This document shows, piece by piece, positions 10,161-19,594 of a DNA stretch of 64,000 nt; the first letter of the stretch is position 1; every line of letters starts with the position of its first letter. Source of the stretch: Candidatus Aminicenantes bacterium (GTDB lineage Archaea > Nanobdellota > Nanobdellia > Woesearchaeales > JAFCCF01); contig JAFCCF010000001.1 in assembly GCA_017610325.1 (NCBI GenBank), positions 12,950 to 76,949 of the forward strand, written 5' to 3'. The notes under the pieces were generated by a model. That model did not search any database, was not told the DNA's origin, and was given only the letters and a program-made list of their open reading frames with translations. The position numbers and the translations under genes were made by a program.

Positions 10161-10367
10161 ATGGTAAAAAGACTTATTCCTTTGGCAGCTATGGAGAAAA
10201 TTCTTAAGAAATGTGGTGCAATTAGGGTAGCGGATTCTGCAAAGGTAACCATGAAAAACACCATCGAGGATATTGCCGACGACATTGCAAGAAACGCAGT
10301 GCAGCTTGCAACACATGCAGGAAGAAAAACAGTGAAGGCAGGAGATATAAAACTTGCAGTCAAATAA
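10161..10367 (+). CDS. Archaeal histone (HMf-like)
   Basis: IPLAAMEKILKKCGAIRV...ATHAGRKTVKAGDIKLA histone fold, 68 aa. Confidence 0.95.
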   Translation: MVKRLIPLAAMEKILKKCGAIRVADSAKVTMKNTIEDIADDIARNAVQLATHAGRKTVKAGDIKLAVK

Positions 10368-11258
10368 TCAAATCTTTATCTTCATCAAATCATAAGCACA
10401 GACTACATTACTAAAATAATCTTTTGCATCTTCTTCAATCTCCTGCGTGTTCTTGTACCTTTGTGAGAAGTGTGTTAGGATAAGCTTCTTTGCCCCCGCT
10501 TTATTGGCAATAAGCGCAGCTTGTTTGGCAGTTAGGTGTTTATATTCCCTGGCTTTGTCCTCATGTTTGGATGTATAAACAGATTCACTAACTAGGACAT
10601 CGGCATTCTTAGCAAGAGTATAACAATTATTACAAACAAGTGTATCACAGATAAACGAAATTTTCTTCCCCTTAACAATATAAGTTACATCGCCCGGCAT
10701 GATCTTTTTGCCCTTGAAAATCACTGAGTTGCCACGTTGTAATTTTCCAAGGAGCGGGCCTTGCGGGATTCCAAGCGTCTTTACAGTAGCAACCTTTATC
10801 CGTCTCCTGTCCTTTTCAATAAAATTAAAACCAAGACAGGGTATGCTGTGCACCAGGGGTAAACACTCAAGTTTAAAATCAGGACCATCAAAGAACACCC
10901 CGGATTCAATCTCCTTAACAATGAATTTCACACCTTCATGCCCCACAAACGTTTTCTGCACCAATTCGATAAATTTTTTGGTTCCACGCGGACCGTATAT
11001 TTGCAAAGTACCACTGTACTCATTTGCACCAATTGTCTGAATCAATCCAGGCAGGCCAAGTACATGGTCACCATGCCAATGCGAAATTAGGATTTTGGTT
11101 ACTTTAGTTGGTTTGATGCCGGCTATTCGCATCTGCCGCTGTGTACCTTCACCACAATCAACTAGTATCCCTTCATTCTTAAAAGTAATAAAAGCTGCTG
11201 AATGATTCCTTTCTTTTGTAGGTTGCATACATGCAGTGCCCAAAAATATCATCTCCAT
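10368..11258 (-). CDS. rnz: Ribonuclease Z (tRNase Z)
   Basis: FLGT, DCGEGTQRQ, HWHGDH metallo-beta-lactamase motif, GP-rich exosite, THFSQRY. The start was placed at ATG 11258. Confidence 0.96.
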   Translation of the reverse strand: MEMIFLGTACMQPTKERNHSAAFITFKNEGILVDCGEGTQRQMRIAGIKPTKVTKILISHWHGDHVLGLPGLIQTIGANEYSGTLQIYGPRGTKKFIELVQKTFVGHEGVKFIVKEIESGVFFDGPDFKLECLPLVHSIPCLGFNFIEKDRRRIKVATVKTLGIPQGPLLGKLQRGNSVIFKGKKIMPGDVTYIVKGKKISFICDTLVCNNCYTLAKNADVLVSESVYTSKHEDKAREYKHLTAKQAALIANKAGAKKLILTHFSQRYKNTQEIEEDAKDYFSNVVCAYDLMKIKI

Positions 11259-11365
11259 TTCAAAAGCCCTAAACAAACGATATTATATAAACCTTAATTA
11301 TTTTCAATATTGAAAATAATTAATAAACGAAAGCTTTTTTAGTAGTGAGGAATCCCAAGATACCT

Positions 11366-11938
11366 ATGGTAAAGAAAACAAAGGTCAAGAAAACAGAGAA
11401 AAAGGAAAAACGAATAGTTATAAAGGCAACATTCCAGAAAGAAAGAGTTATTACAGAAGATTCAGGCGCAGCCATAGAGCTTTATAACCAGAGCAGATTT
11501 GGAACAGTGCTTGATAATAATAAGGTGCAGCTGTCATTGTACGAGGCGCTCTATCTTATGGAAAAGGGCAAGATTAAGGTTTATGACATGAGGAATAAGT
11601 GTTTCGAGTTTGACAGGTTCCTGAAGTGGGCAAAGAGAACTGAGCCAAGTTTTTGGGTAAAATACTATGTGTTTAAGGACATAAGGAACCGTGGCTACAT
11701 AATCAAAACAGCGCTCAAATTCGGGGCAGATTTTAGGGTATATGATCGTGGAGTAAAACCAGGAGAAGACCATGCAAGATGGATTGTGTATCCTGTGCAC
11801 GAAGGCGCAGTCATGACATGGTACGAGTTTGCGGCAAAGAACCGCGTTGCACATAGCACGAAAAAAAGATTGCTTATTGGTATAGTCGATGAAGAGAACT
11901 CTGTAACCTATTACGAGATTAAATGGACAAGACCCTGA
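11366..11938 (+). CDS. endA: tRNA-splicing endonuclease
   Basis: EALYL, VFKDIRNRGY, KFGADFRVY, catalytic Tyr/His/Lys (VYDRG, DHA, STKK). Single-unit length. Confidence 0.95.
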   Translation: MVKKTKVKKTEKKEKRIVIKATFQKERVITEDSGAAIELYNQSRFGTVLDNNKVQLSLYEALYLMEKGKIKVYDMRNKCFEFDRFLKWAKRTEPSFWVKYYVFKDIRNRGYIIKTALKFGADFRVYDRGVKPGEDHARWIVYPVHEGAVMTWYEFAAKNRVAHSTKKRLLIGIVDEENSVTYYEIKWTRP

Positions 11939-11975
11939 CAAAAGATATATATATGTTATTATTTCTTAAAATCAT

Positions 11976-12902
11976 ATGGGTACCAAGGACAGAATACTGG
12001 CAATTATAAGGCAGAAAGGGCCAGTTATACCCGTACATGTATCAAGGGAAATAAATACGTCAATTCTTATGGCATCTGCGCTGCTTAGCGAACTTGTCAA
12101 AAACAAACAGGTATTAATTTCAACTATTAAAATAGGAAGTTCACCCCTTTACTACACCACAGGACAGGAACAGAAACTGCAGCAATACTCAAATCATTTG
12201 TCTGCCAGGGAGAGGGAAGCATATGAACTTATCAAGCAAAAACTGGTGCTGCAAGATTCAAAACAGCAGCCAGTGACGCGCGCAGCGCTTAGGCAGATAC
12301 GCGATTTTGCAAAGCCAATCGAAGTAACGATTGAGGGAAAGAACGAACTTTTCTGGAAGTGGTACCTTGCTTCTGCAACTGATGTTGAGAAGCAGGTAAA
12401 GGAAACCCTCGGTGTAAAAGAACCAAGGGCACCGGAACCTGAAAAACCCAAAGCAGAACCCGTGCCAAAACCAGAAATCCTGAAAGAACAACCAAAACCC
12501 ACGTTCAAGAGAGGGCCGGAACCTAAAGAACCCAAACCTAAACTCAAACCAGAACCAAAACCCAAACTACAATTTGTTGACAAGACTGTAGAGGACGAAT
12601 TCCTGAGTAAGGTTGTTTGGTACTTTAAAAAGAGCGAGATAGAGATAATTGAAAAAAATGTTATACGTAAAAAATCAGAGATTGATTTCATAATTAAGAT
12701 TCCAAGCCCCGTAGGTACCCTAAAATATTATTGCAAGGCAAGGAACAAGGCAAAGATCAATGACCGCGATTTAAGCTCTGCGTATGTACAGGGTCAGATG
12801 AAAAAACTTCCTGTCTTGTTTATATACGCCAGCGATATCACCAAAAAGGCAAGGGAGATGCTGTACAGGGAGTTTGAAAATATGACACTCAAAAAAATAT
12901 AA
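11976..12902 (+). CDS. Hypothetical protein: N-terminal winged-helix-like region, P/E/K-rich linker, C-terminal restriction-endonuclease-like region
   Basis: Long ORF ending 1 nt before fen1, with an EPKPK repeat linker. The domain calls are pattern-based inference. Confidence 0.6.
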   Translation: MGTKDRILAIIRQKGPVIPVHVSREINTSILMASALLSELVKNKQVLISTIKIGSSPLYYTTGQEQKLQQYSNHLSAREREAYELIKQKLVLQDSKQQPVTRAALRQIRDFAKPIEVTIEGKNELFWKWYLASATDVEKQVKETLGVKEPRAPEPEKPKAEPVPKPEILKEQPKPTFKRGPEPKEPKPKLKPEPKPKLQFVDKTVEDEFLSKVVWYFKKSEIEIIEKNVIRKKSEIDFIIKIPSPVGTLKYYCKARNKAKINDRDLSSAYVQGQMKKLPVLFIYASDITKKAREMLYREFENMTLKKI

Positions 12903-12903
12903 A

Positions 12904-13935
12904 ATGGGAACCCAGATAACCCCACTGCTAGTTTCAAAGAACATAAGCATTAGCGATTTACGAGATAAGAAGCTTGCTGTAGACGCGTTTAATGTTCTTT
13001 ACCAGTTTCTTTCTACAATCCGTGGCAGAGATGGTTCGCAGCTTATGGATTCAAGAGGCAGAGTGACCTCCCACCTTACCGGGCTTTTTTCAAGGACCAC
13101 TCGGCTTATGCAGGCAGGACTAAAACTTACGTTTGTTTTTGATGGCGAGCCACCAAAGCTCAAGGAAAAAGAACGCAGGCGAAGGCATGAGCTAAAACAG
13201 GAAGCCAAAGCCAGATACAAGGAAGCTGAGGCAAGGGAAGACATAGGGGCAATGAAAAAATATGCTATGCGCACAACAACCCTAACGCCAGAACTGGTTG
13301 ATGAGGCAAAAGAGCTCATAACTGCCCTTGGCTTGCCTGTTGTACAAGCTCCGTCCGAAGGAGAGGCGCAGGCAGCTTATATGGCCAGCAAGGGCGATGT
13401 TGATTATATCGTGTCTCAGGACGCAGACGCGCTGCTATTCAAAGCGCCGTTTGTTGTTAAGAACCTGGCAATAACCCAGCGCAGAAAAAAACCAAACCAG
13501 CTTAGCTATGAAGCAGTTGAGCCAGAACTTATCTCATTGTCCGAAAACCTTAAGGCACTTAATATCAACCAAGACCAACTGATTTGCCTTGCGATGCTTG
13601 TTGGCACAGATTATAATATCGGCGGCATCAAGGGCATTGGACCGAAAAAAGCGCTCCCTCTTGTTATAAGATATAAGACACCTGACAAGATTTTCAAGGA
13701 AGCAGAGTGGGCCAAGTATTTTGACCTTGACTGGAAAGATGTGTTTAACACATTTAAGAAGATTCCAACAACAGACGATTATAATCTAAAATGGGAAGAG
13801 CCAAACCATGGCAAGGTAGTTAATATTTTGTGCGATGAGCATGACTTTAGCAAGGACAGGGTGAAGGCTACATTGAATAAGCTTAGTACAGTAATAAAAA
13901 AACAGGACCAGAAAGGACTGCAAGACTTTTTTTAA
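12904..13935 (+). CDS. fen: Flap endonuclease 1
   Basis: DAFNVLYQFLSTIR, VFDG, APSEGEAQAA, SQDADALLF, GTDYN..GIKGIGPK, PIP box QKGLQDFF. Confidence 0.98.
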   Translation: MGTQITPLLVSKNISISDLRDKKLAVDAFNVLYQFLSTIRGRDGSQLMDSRGRVTSHLTGLFSRTTRLMQAGLKLTFVFDGEPPKLKEKERRRRHELKQEAKARYKEAEAREDIGAMKKYAMRTTTLTPELVDEAKELITALGLPVVQAPSEGEAQAAYMASKGDVDYIVSQDADALLFKAPFVVKNLAITQRRKKPNQLSYEAVEPELISLSENLKALNINQDQLICLAMLVGTDYNIGGIKGIGPKKALPLVIRYKTPDKIFKEAEWAKYFDLDWKDVFNTFKKIPTTDDYNLKWEEPNHGKVVNILCDEHDFSKDRVKATLNKLSTVIKKQDQKGLQDFF

Positions 13936-13943
13936 TATTCAAA

Positions 13944-14708
13944 ATGAGGCAACTTGTAATCGGGCATAGGGGGGCTGCAGGACTGGCACCAGAAAACACT
14001 GCAGCAGCAATCCGCACAGCAGTAAAGCTCAAAGTAGATGTTATTGAATTAGATATGCAGCTAACAAAAGATTACGAACTTGTACTGTTCCATGATTATA
14101 AAATGGATAGGACAACAGGTAAATTTGGTGTTGTCAATGATTTGACCTTTAAACAGTTGAGTGGCCTGGATGTTGGAAGTTTTTTTAGCAAGGAATTTTC
14201 AAGTGAAACACCAATTACACTGGAGGAGACCCTTAAGATGGTGGGGGGTAGATGTCAGATTATAATTGACATCAAGGACAGGAATCTAAGGGAGGCAGAA
14301 ATTCTAGCCAGGTTATTAATAGAGAAGATTAAAAAAAGCAAATTCAAGAAACAGATAAGAATAAGCAGCTGGAACCATTATGTTGATAGGTATGTTGATA
14401 AGGAAATTAAGGAAGCAGGCCTGAAAAATGTAGCGCTTGCATATCTTCACAGGAAGCGCGGCAGCCCATTTAAGAACCTCAAAAACCTCAATTATATCTC
14501 AATCCACCCACATTTTCTGCGCACATCCAAACACCTGATTAGGGAAGCACACAAGCTTGGGCTGCAGGTGTTTCCATGGGGGGTTGGCAAAAAAAAGCTC
14601 ATGAAAAAGCTGCTTAAGATGGGTGTGGATGGAATCATAACAGATTATCCGAATCGTTTGCAGGAGGTATTAAATGATTACAGTAAAAGTACCGCTAAAA
14701 AACGCTGA
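13944..14708 (+). CDS. Glycerophosphodiester phosphodiesterase
   Basis: IGHRG...PENT, IELD...TKD...FHD, GVDGIITDYP. Confidence 0.93.
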   Translation: MRQLVIGHRGAAGLAPENTAAAIRTAVKLKVDVIELDMQLTKDYELVLFHDYKMDRTTGKFGVVNDLTFKQLSGLDVGSFFSKEFSSETPITLEETLKMVGGRCQIIIDIKDRNLREAEILARLLIEKIKKSKFKKQIRISSWNHYVDRYVDKEIKEAGLKNVALAYLHRKRGSPFKNLKNLNYISIHPHFLRTSKHLIREAHKLGLQVFPWGVGKKKLMKKLLKMGVDGIITDYPNRLQEVLNDYSKSTAKKR

Positions 14709-15696
14709 GCAAGTTAAGAACCAGCTTATTACAAAGAATCTTTTCAATAACAAATACAAGGTTCTGAAGAAAGGCAGCTATCTCTATATTCCAGTCACTA
14801 GCAAACAACAGGTTAAAGAAACAGTTCCAGAAGCACAGTTTTCCAGCATCCAGCTGCCGAGAATCAAGCAAAAACCTAGTATAAGGGAAGCACTAACAAA
14901 AAAACTAACACACAACGAGCTTGAGCAGTTGAAGACAGCCCACGACCAGATTGGCAGCATTGCGATAATCGAGGTGGATCCAGAACTTAGCAAGAGAGAG
15001 AAACAGATAGCAAACACTTTATTGAAACTCAATCCAAGCATCAAGACAGTTTACAAGAAAGCAGCTGCTCACGAGGGCAAATTCAGGGTGCAAAAGTTGA
15101 GGTATTTGGCAGGAGAGAGAAAAAGCGAGACAGAGTACAAAGAAAATAACATAACCATTCAGCTTGATGTTAAAACTGTGTATTTCTCACCTAGGTTGGG
15201 CAATGAGAGAAAAAGAATAACAAAGCAGGTTAAGAAAGGTGAGAAGGTTATGGTGCTCTTTTCAGGTTGCGGACCTTATGTATGTTCAATTGCAAAGAAC
15301 TCAAAAGCAAGTGAGGTATGGGGGATTGAAATCAACCCAGAAGCAAGCAGGTATGCTTTTGAGAATACAATACTGAACAAGCTGAGCAACACAAGGTTGT
15401 TTAGGGGAGATGTTAAAAAGATTGTGCCAAAACTAAAGCAGAAATTTGACCGGATTCTTATGCCTCTTCCAAAAACCAGCGAATCATTTCTTTCAAGCGC
15501 GTTAACGCTTGCAAAAAAAGGCACAATTATCCATTTTTACAGCTTCCAAAAACAAGGGGAGTTTAAAAAGGCAGTGAATAAGATAAAAAAAGCATGCAAA
15601 AAAGCCAAGAAAACGAGCAAGATACTGGAAATTGTGAAATGTGGACAACATGCCCCATATATTTATAGAATCTGCGTTGATTTTAAGATTAGCTGA
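14674..15696 (+). CDS. trm5: Trm5-family tRNA (guanine37-N1) methyltransferase
   Basis: DQIGSIAII, VYFSPRL..ER.RI, SAM-binding LFSGCGPY, EINP, DRILMPLP. Confidence 0.88.
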   Translation: MITVKVPLKNAEQVKNQLITKNLFNNKYKVLKKGSYLYIPVTSKQQVKETVPEAQFSSIQLPRIKQKPSIREALTKKLTHNELEQLKTAHDQIGSIAIIEVDPELSKREKQIANTLLKLNPSIKTVYKKAAAHEGKFRVQKLRYLAGERKSETEYKENNITIQLDVKTVYFSPRLGNERKRITKQVKKGEKVMVLFSGCGPYVCSIAKNSKASEVWGIEINPEASRYAFENTILNKLSNTRLFRGDVKKIVPKLKQKFDRILMPLPKTSESFLSSALTLAKKGTIIHFYSFQKQGEFKKAVNKIKKACKKAKKTSKILEIVKCGQHAPYIYRICVDFKIS

Positions 15697-15832
15697 TTAG
15701 CATTAGAACAATCAGGAAGACAAAGATGCCCCCTACTAAAAGAACAGGGGTATTTCCAACTTCTGTGTTTTTCTTTGGAACCCGCAGTTTCTGCTTCTCA
15801 ATCTCTACGAGTGTCTTGTTATAATTCATCAT
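15689..15832 (-). CDS. Unannotated 47-aa tail-anchored membrane peptide
   Basis: Hand translation: MMNYNKTLVEIEKQKLRVPKKNTEVGNTPVLLVGGIFVFLIVLMLIS. Upstream are AGGAGG and a BRE/TATA-like AAAAGCTTAAATA on the minus strand. Confidence 0.6.
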   Translation of the reverse strand: MMNYNKTLVEIEKQKLRVPKKNTEVGNTPVLLVGGIFVFLIVLMLIS

Positions 15833-15882
15833 ATGCAATCACTGTGGTCCTCCTTTTGCTAACAAGTTGTATTTAAGCTTTT

Positions 15883-15948
15883 CTATTGTTGTTTCGGTGT
15901 GCGCTCTCGTGACATATGTCATGATACTACACACTATTGTTGTTTCGG
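15883..15948. promoter_or_regulatory. Operator-like architecture: 15-bp direct repeat flanking a palindrome between divergent promoters
   Basis: CTATTGTTGTTTCGG at 15883-15897 and 15934-15948; palindrome TGACATATGTCA at 15910-15921; TATA-like elements on both sides. Confidence 0.55.
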
Positions 15949-15980
15949 AAAGGTTTTTATACACCTGACTCCCTCTGTTT

Positions 15981-16067
15981 ATCGTGCGTGCGTGATGATC
16001 GTGTGAACACCCGAGGAATCCGAGAGGATGATGACTTACGGATGTAACTGGTGAACTCGCGCACAAT
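15981..16067 (+). ncRNA. Candidate C/D-box-like sRNA
   Basis: Terminal stem GTGCGTG/CGCGCAC, box C GTGATGA (15992), D' CCGA (16020), C' ATGATGA (16028) and a non-canonical D (GTGA, 16051). BRE/TATA GAAAGGTTTTTATA lies ~25 nt upstream and a T-tract follows. Confidence 0.55.
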
Positions 16068-16069
16068 TT

Positions 16070-16312
16070 TCACACATACTTCTCCTTGATAAAGGCATAT
16101 CTCTCATTTTTTGGCCTGGGGCTGATTGGCTCTGCACTTTGGACAGCTTCTGCTATGTTATCTATTAGCTTTGGCTCTGCCTGGTTTGCCTCTACTTTGT
16201 CTTTGGTGCCTATGCCATTTCCATTTGAGCTGTAATCTGCCCCGCCCCATGGCGAGAACATCATCCACCTCAAGTTACCACCATAATAAAACTCTTCTAA
16301 ATCAAAATCCAT
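16070..16312 (-). CDS. Hypothetical protein (~80 aa)
   Basis: GGAGG SD 8 nt upstream of ATG 16312 (MDFDLEEFYYGG...). No recognisable family. Confidence 0.55.
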   Translation of the reverse strand: MDFDLEEFYYGGNLRWMMFSPWGGADYSSNGNGIGTKDKVEANQAEPKLIDNIAEAVQSAEPISPRPKNERYAFIKEKYV

Positions 16313-16592
16313 TTTCATTTCCTCCTTGTTGTTTATCATGGTCTCTAACCTTGGTTTCGAATCCCCTTCCAGAATCTTTAGCAAGAAAGGGGGGTAATTA
16401 TAATACAATAACCAGGATTAGAGCAATGAATAGGTTAATCTTCCATACATAATACATATGATTAATCCTGCTCATTTTAATATTTTAACTTAGGTGAATC
16501 AGGTTATATTTAAAATTAACTGAAAAAGAAATCGCACCAATCATCCAAACATACTAAGAAATCAGAGATTTCTAGTCGTTCAGACAACTTCG

Positions 16593-17732
16593 TTATCCAA
16601 ACATATGCATGTAATCGTCGCCCTCAAGCTGCTGCTCAACCTTTATCTTTTTAATTGCTTCTGAGAAGTCTATGTGGGTGACAATGAACCTATTCTGGCG
16701 TATTGCAAAGTAGCCAGCTTCTGTGCACACTGCCTTGACCTCTGCGCCCGAGAAACCATCCATTTGTTTGATTAGCTTCCCAACCTTTATCTTCTTATCA
16801 AGCGTCATGTTCCGCGTATGAATCTTGAATATAGCTTTCAAGCCATCTATATCAGGCACATCAACACGTATCAACCTATCCAGCCTACCTGGCCTGAGAA
16901 CTGCAGGGTCCAGTATGTCCCGCCTGTTTGTGCATCCAATAATCTTGACATTGCCGAGGTGCTTGAAGCCGTCAATCTCTGCCAGCAACTGCATAAAGGT
17001 TCTCTGGACCTCCCTCTCTCCGCTTGTTCCAATCTCAACCCTGGTTGCAGCGATTGCGTCAAGCTCATCAATAAATATAATGGATGGAGCCTTTCTTTTT
17101 GCAAGCTCAAAAATTTCCTTAACAAGCTTTGCACCTTCTCCTATAAATTTCTGCACCAGCTCACTACCAACAACTTCAATAAATGTGCTCTTTGTTGATT
17201 TTGCAACTGCCTTAGCCAGAAGTGTCTTGCCTGTACCTGGTGGGCCATAAAGCAGCACCCCTTTTGGTGGTTGTATACCCACTTTCTTGAAAAGCTCAGG
17301 TTTCTTAAGCGGGAGCTCAATAACTTCCTTGACTTCCCGTATCTGCTTGTCAAGCCCCCCTATATCCTTCCAGCCAATCTTTGGCTTTTCAATAATCACA
17401 AATTTCTCAACATCAAACCTTTTGCTTGCATCAACTTTCTTCACCACAGTAAGGTTTTTCTGCTCACATAACACAAGCTCTCCTGCTTTCAGGTTCTTAA
17501 TGTCAGATGAAATACTTACAAAGAACTGGTTGCCATTTGGCACCCTGATTATCGCACCATCACCAATAATATCCGAAATTTCACAAACCATGAGCGCTGG
17601 CTGTTTGAACTTGTCAATCTCCAACTTAAGCTGATTAACGGTTTCTTTAAGAATCCTATTTTCATCTTCAAGCCCGTCGCGCAGTGTAGTATAGCTAAAC
17701 GCAACATTGTCAAACTCCCTGTTAGTCGCCAT
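16593..17732 (-). CDS. pan: Proteasome-activating nucleotidase
   Basis: N-terminal coiled coil and OB domain, GPPGTGKT, ELVQKFIGEG, FIDELD, LDPAVLRPGRLDR, HbYX-like C-terminus MFG. Confidence 0.95.
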   Translation of the reverse strand: MATNREFDNVAFSYTTLRDGLEDENRILKETVNQLKLEIDKFKQPALMVCEISDIIGDGAIIRVPNGNQFFVSISSDIKNLKAGELVLCEQKNLTVVKKVDASKRFDVEKFVIIEKPKIGWKDIGGLDKQIREVKEVIELPLKKPELFKKVGIQPPKGVLLYGPPGTGKTLLAKAVAKSTKSTFIEVVGSELVQKFIGEGAKLVKEIFELAKRKAPSIIFIDELDAIAATRVEIGTSGEREVQRTFMQLLAEIDGFKHLGNVKIIGCTNRRDILDPAVLRPGRLDRLIRVDVPDIDGLKAIFKIHTRNMTLDKKIKVGKLIKQMDGFSGAEVKAVCTEAGYFAIRQNRFIVTHIDFSEAIKKIKVEQQLEGDDYMHMFG

Positions 17733-17796
17733 ATGCCTAGAGAAGCAGATACCATTTATAAGTTTTTGGGTTTTTGTTTATTATAAGTGGTAAAAA

Positions 17797-19572
17797 TTAA
17801 ACAACGAGCTTTCCCTGTTTTACCATCCAAATCATTCTGCCTGATTTTGTCAGGCCATAAATATTCATCTTTTGCTTTCGACAGTTGCACACAATATCAT
17901 AGTGATACTCGGTTGCCCTGTCAGCATCAAAGCCAGAACCCAACGCAATATGAATCATACCTGCAACCTTTTCATCAACAATTAGGTAACCAGATAACTT
18001 TGCTTTTGGGTTTGTGTTAATGGCAAATTCCCCTATTCTGTGAAAATTCTTCTTTTTTAGGTTTGTTATGGATTTTGGAACAGCACCGCTTTTTTCCTCA
18101 AGAAGGATTTTGTTCCAGCTATCTTTTTTCTTTTTCTTTAGTATGTTCAGAACGCGTTTTGGGCCAGCAACAACCCTATATTTTTCCATTTTACAGTTTA
18201 TAACCATCGGGTTTTTCTGGGAGAGCCTATAACTGTCATCAATTGCAATCACCACATCCCCAACAACAGTGCCCTCTACTGCTTCAGGTGTTAGGAACAT
18301 CTCCCCTCCAGGGATGTTTGCCATTGTCCCACATTTTATTTTGGTTTTCTTATAGAACTGCTTGTCGTATCTGTTCCTTATGTCAACATCACTTCTCTTT
18401 GGAGCTCTCCTGCCCCCTTTCTTGTCAACAAGGTGGACAACAAAATCTGTCTGATATTTACCAACCGGAATCCCCTTAACAACAATCTTCTCGCATTTGT
18501 CGGCCTTTTTCGCAAGCTTTTTGTTTGTCTCAGCCATTTTGAGCCAGTCAATGTTACATGTAAGGATAAAGTCATCAATCGGAATAGTTTGTGTAAATCC
18601 AATCCTTGACCTTGGCTTACGCGTGTCAAACCTGGCTTGCGGAGCCCAGCTTAACTTGTATAGTATCCCCGAAGGAGATAACCACCTGCTCTTTTTGTTA
18701 GGTGTTGGATAGCCAAACACATACCCAAACTGGTGCTTTCCGCCATAGCCCTTGCCAGAAATTGCAAAAATTGCGCTAGCTGTTATAATCCTGCTTATTT
18801 TGAAAAGCCTTGAGACTGCCCTAAATTTTTTGAACACTGGTTCGCTAATGTTTTTGCTAAGCTCACAGCCCAGCAACGTGGTTTTTAGGTCACCCACTAG
18901 TTCAGATGGCTCAAGCACAGACATTCTTGAGGTGGAAGTGCCCATAGACACCTTGCTGCACCTGCCCTTTACAGTCTCGTACATTGCCCTTGCAATAAGA
19001 TAAGAATCAAGATAATCAACAAGCGGCTTTTCCAAATCTTTCTGCTTAGGTATCAGCTCAAAGCGCAGACTGACAATTTCTGATTTTTTTAGGTCATAAA
19101 GCTGGTTCCATAAGACATTTGCAGTTTGTAAGAGTTCCTTCCACCTATGTGCCTTGAACCAACCTGCTCTTATTTCCAGGGACGTAACACCACAAACAAA
19201 CTTGCCTGCCCTGTATTCAAATATCACTGGGGCTTCAAACATGCGCCTTAACTTGCCTTTGGCTTTCTTGTCAATGAAATCAATAAATTCTTTGAGCGCA
19301 GCTTCTTTTTTCCCAACCTTATTATTTCGTATGTTGTCATAACTCTTCCAGATATCTTTCAACACATTGTATGAGTGTGACGTCCCAGGCGCCATCATCA
19401 CGTGTAGATCAGATTTGAGGTTGTGCACTGCCCTGGACAACGGAGCCATAGCATAGTATGCGGCTTCGTGCTTACAGTTAAACACAAACAGGAAATTCTT
19501 AGATTTAATTCCCTTAAGTGCGTTCTGGTAATACCTCACCGCAGAATTAAATTCCTTTATATTATATTTCAT
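17797..19572 (-). CDS. M29-family (thermophilic metalloprotease/aminopeptidase)-like protein with long N-terminal region
   Basis: C-terminal NIPGGEMF..P, IGEFAINTNP, DEKVAGMIHIALG and HYD motifs. The start was placed at ATG 19572 because the ORF-track start overlaps the upstream gene. Confidence 0.75.
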   Translation of the reverse strand: MKYNIKEFNSAVRYYQNALKGIKSKNFLFVFNCKHEAAYYAMAPLSRAVHNLKSDLHVMMAPGTSHSYNVLKDIWKSYDNIRNNKVGKKEAALKEFIDFIDKKAKGKLRRMFEAPVIFEYRAGKFVCGVTSLEIRAGWFKAHRWKELLQTANVLWNQLYDLKKSEIVSLRFELIPKQKDLEKPLVDYLDSYLIARAMYETVKGRCSKVSMGTSTSRMSVLEPSELVGDLKTTLLGCELSKNISEPVFKKFRAVSRLFKISRIITASAIFAISGKGYGGKHQFGYVFGYPTPNKKSRWLSPSGILYKLSWAPQARFDTRKPRSRIGFTQTIPIDDFILTCNIDWLKMAETNKKLAKKADKCEKIVVKGIPVGKYQTDFVVHLVDKKGGRRAPKRSDVDIRNRYDKQFYKKTKIKCGTMANIPGGEMFLTPEAVEGTVVGDVVIAIDDSYRLSQKNPMVINCKMEKYRVVAGPKRVLNILKKKKKDSWNKILLEEKSGAVPKSITNLKKKNFHRIGEFAINTNPKAKLSGYLIVDEKVAGMIHIALGSGFDADRATEYHYDIVCNCRKQKMNIYGLTKSGRMIWMVKQGKLVV

Positions 19573-19594
19573 GCAACTTTTGTTTCGCAGCTCA

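Noticed and set aside
15883..15948. Two 15-bp repeats with a 36-nt spacer as a mini-CRISPR
   Set aside because: The repeats are too short, there are only two copies, the spacer is itself palindromic, and both copies abut TATA boxes. Operator sites explain it better.
15839..16066. 75-aa minus-strand ORF from the track
   Set aside because: TTG start, no recognisable features, and it overlaps promoter elements and the candidate sRNA.
16398..16457. 19-aa hydrophobic micro-ORF MYYVWKINLFIALILVIVL on the minus strand
   Set aside because: It is too short to distinguish from chance in AT-rich DNA without conservation or ribosome-profiling data.
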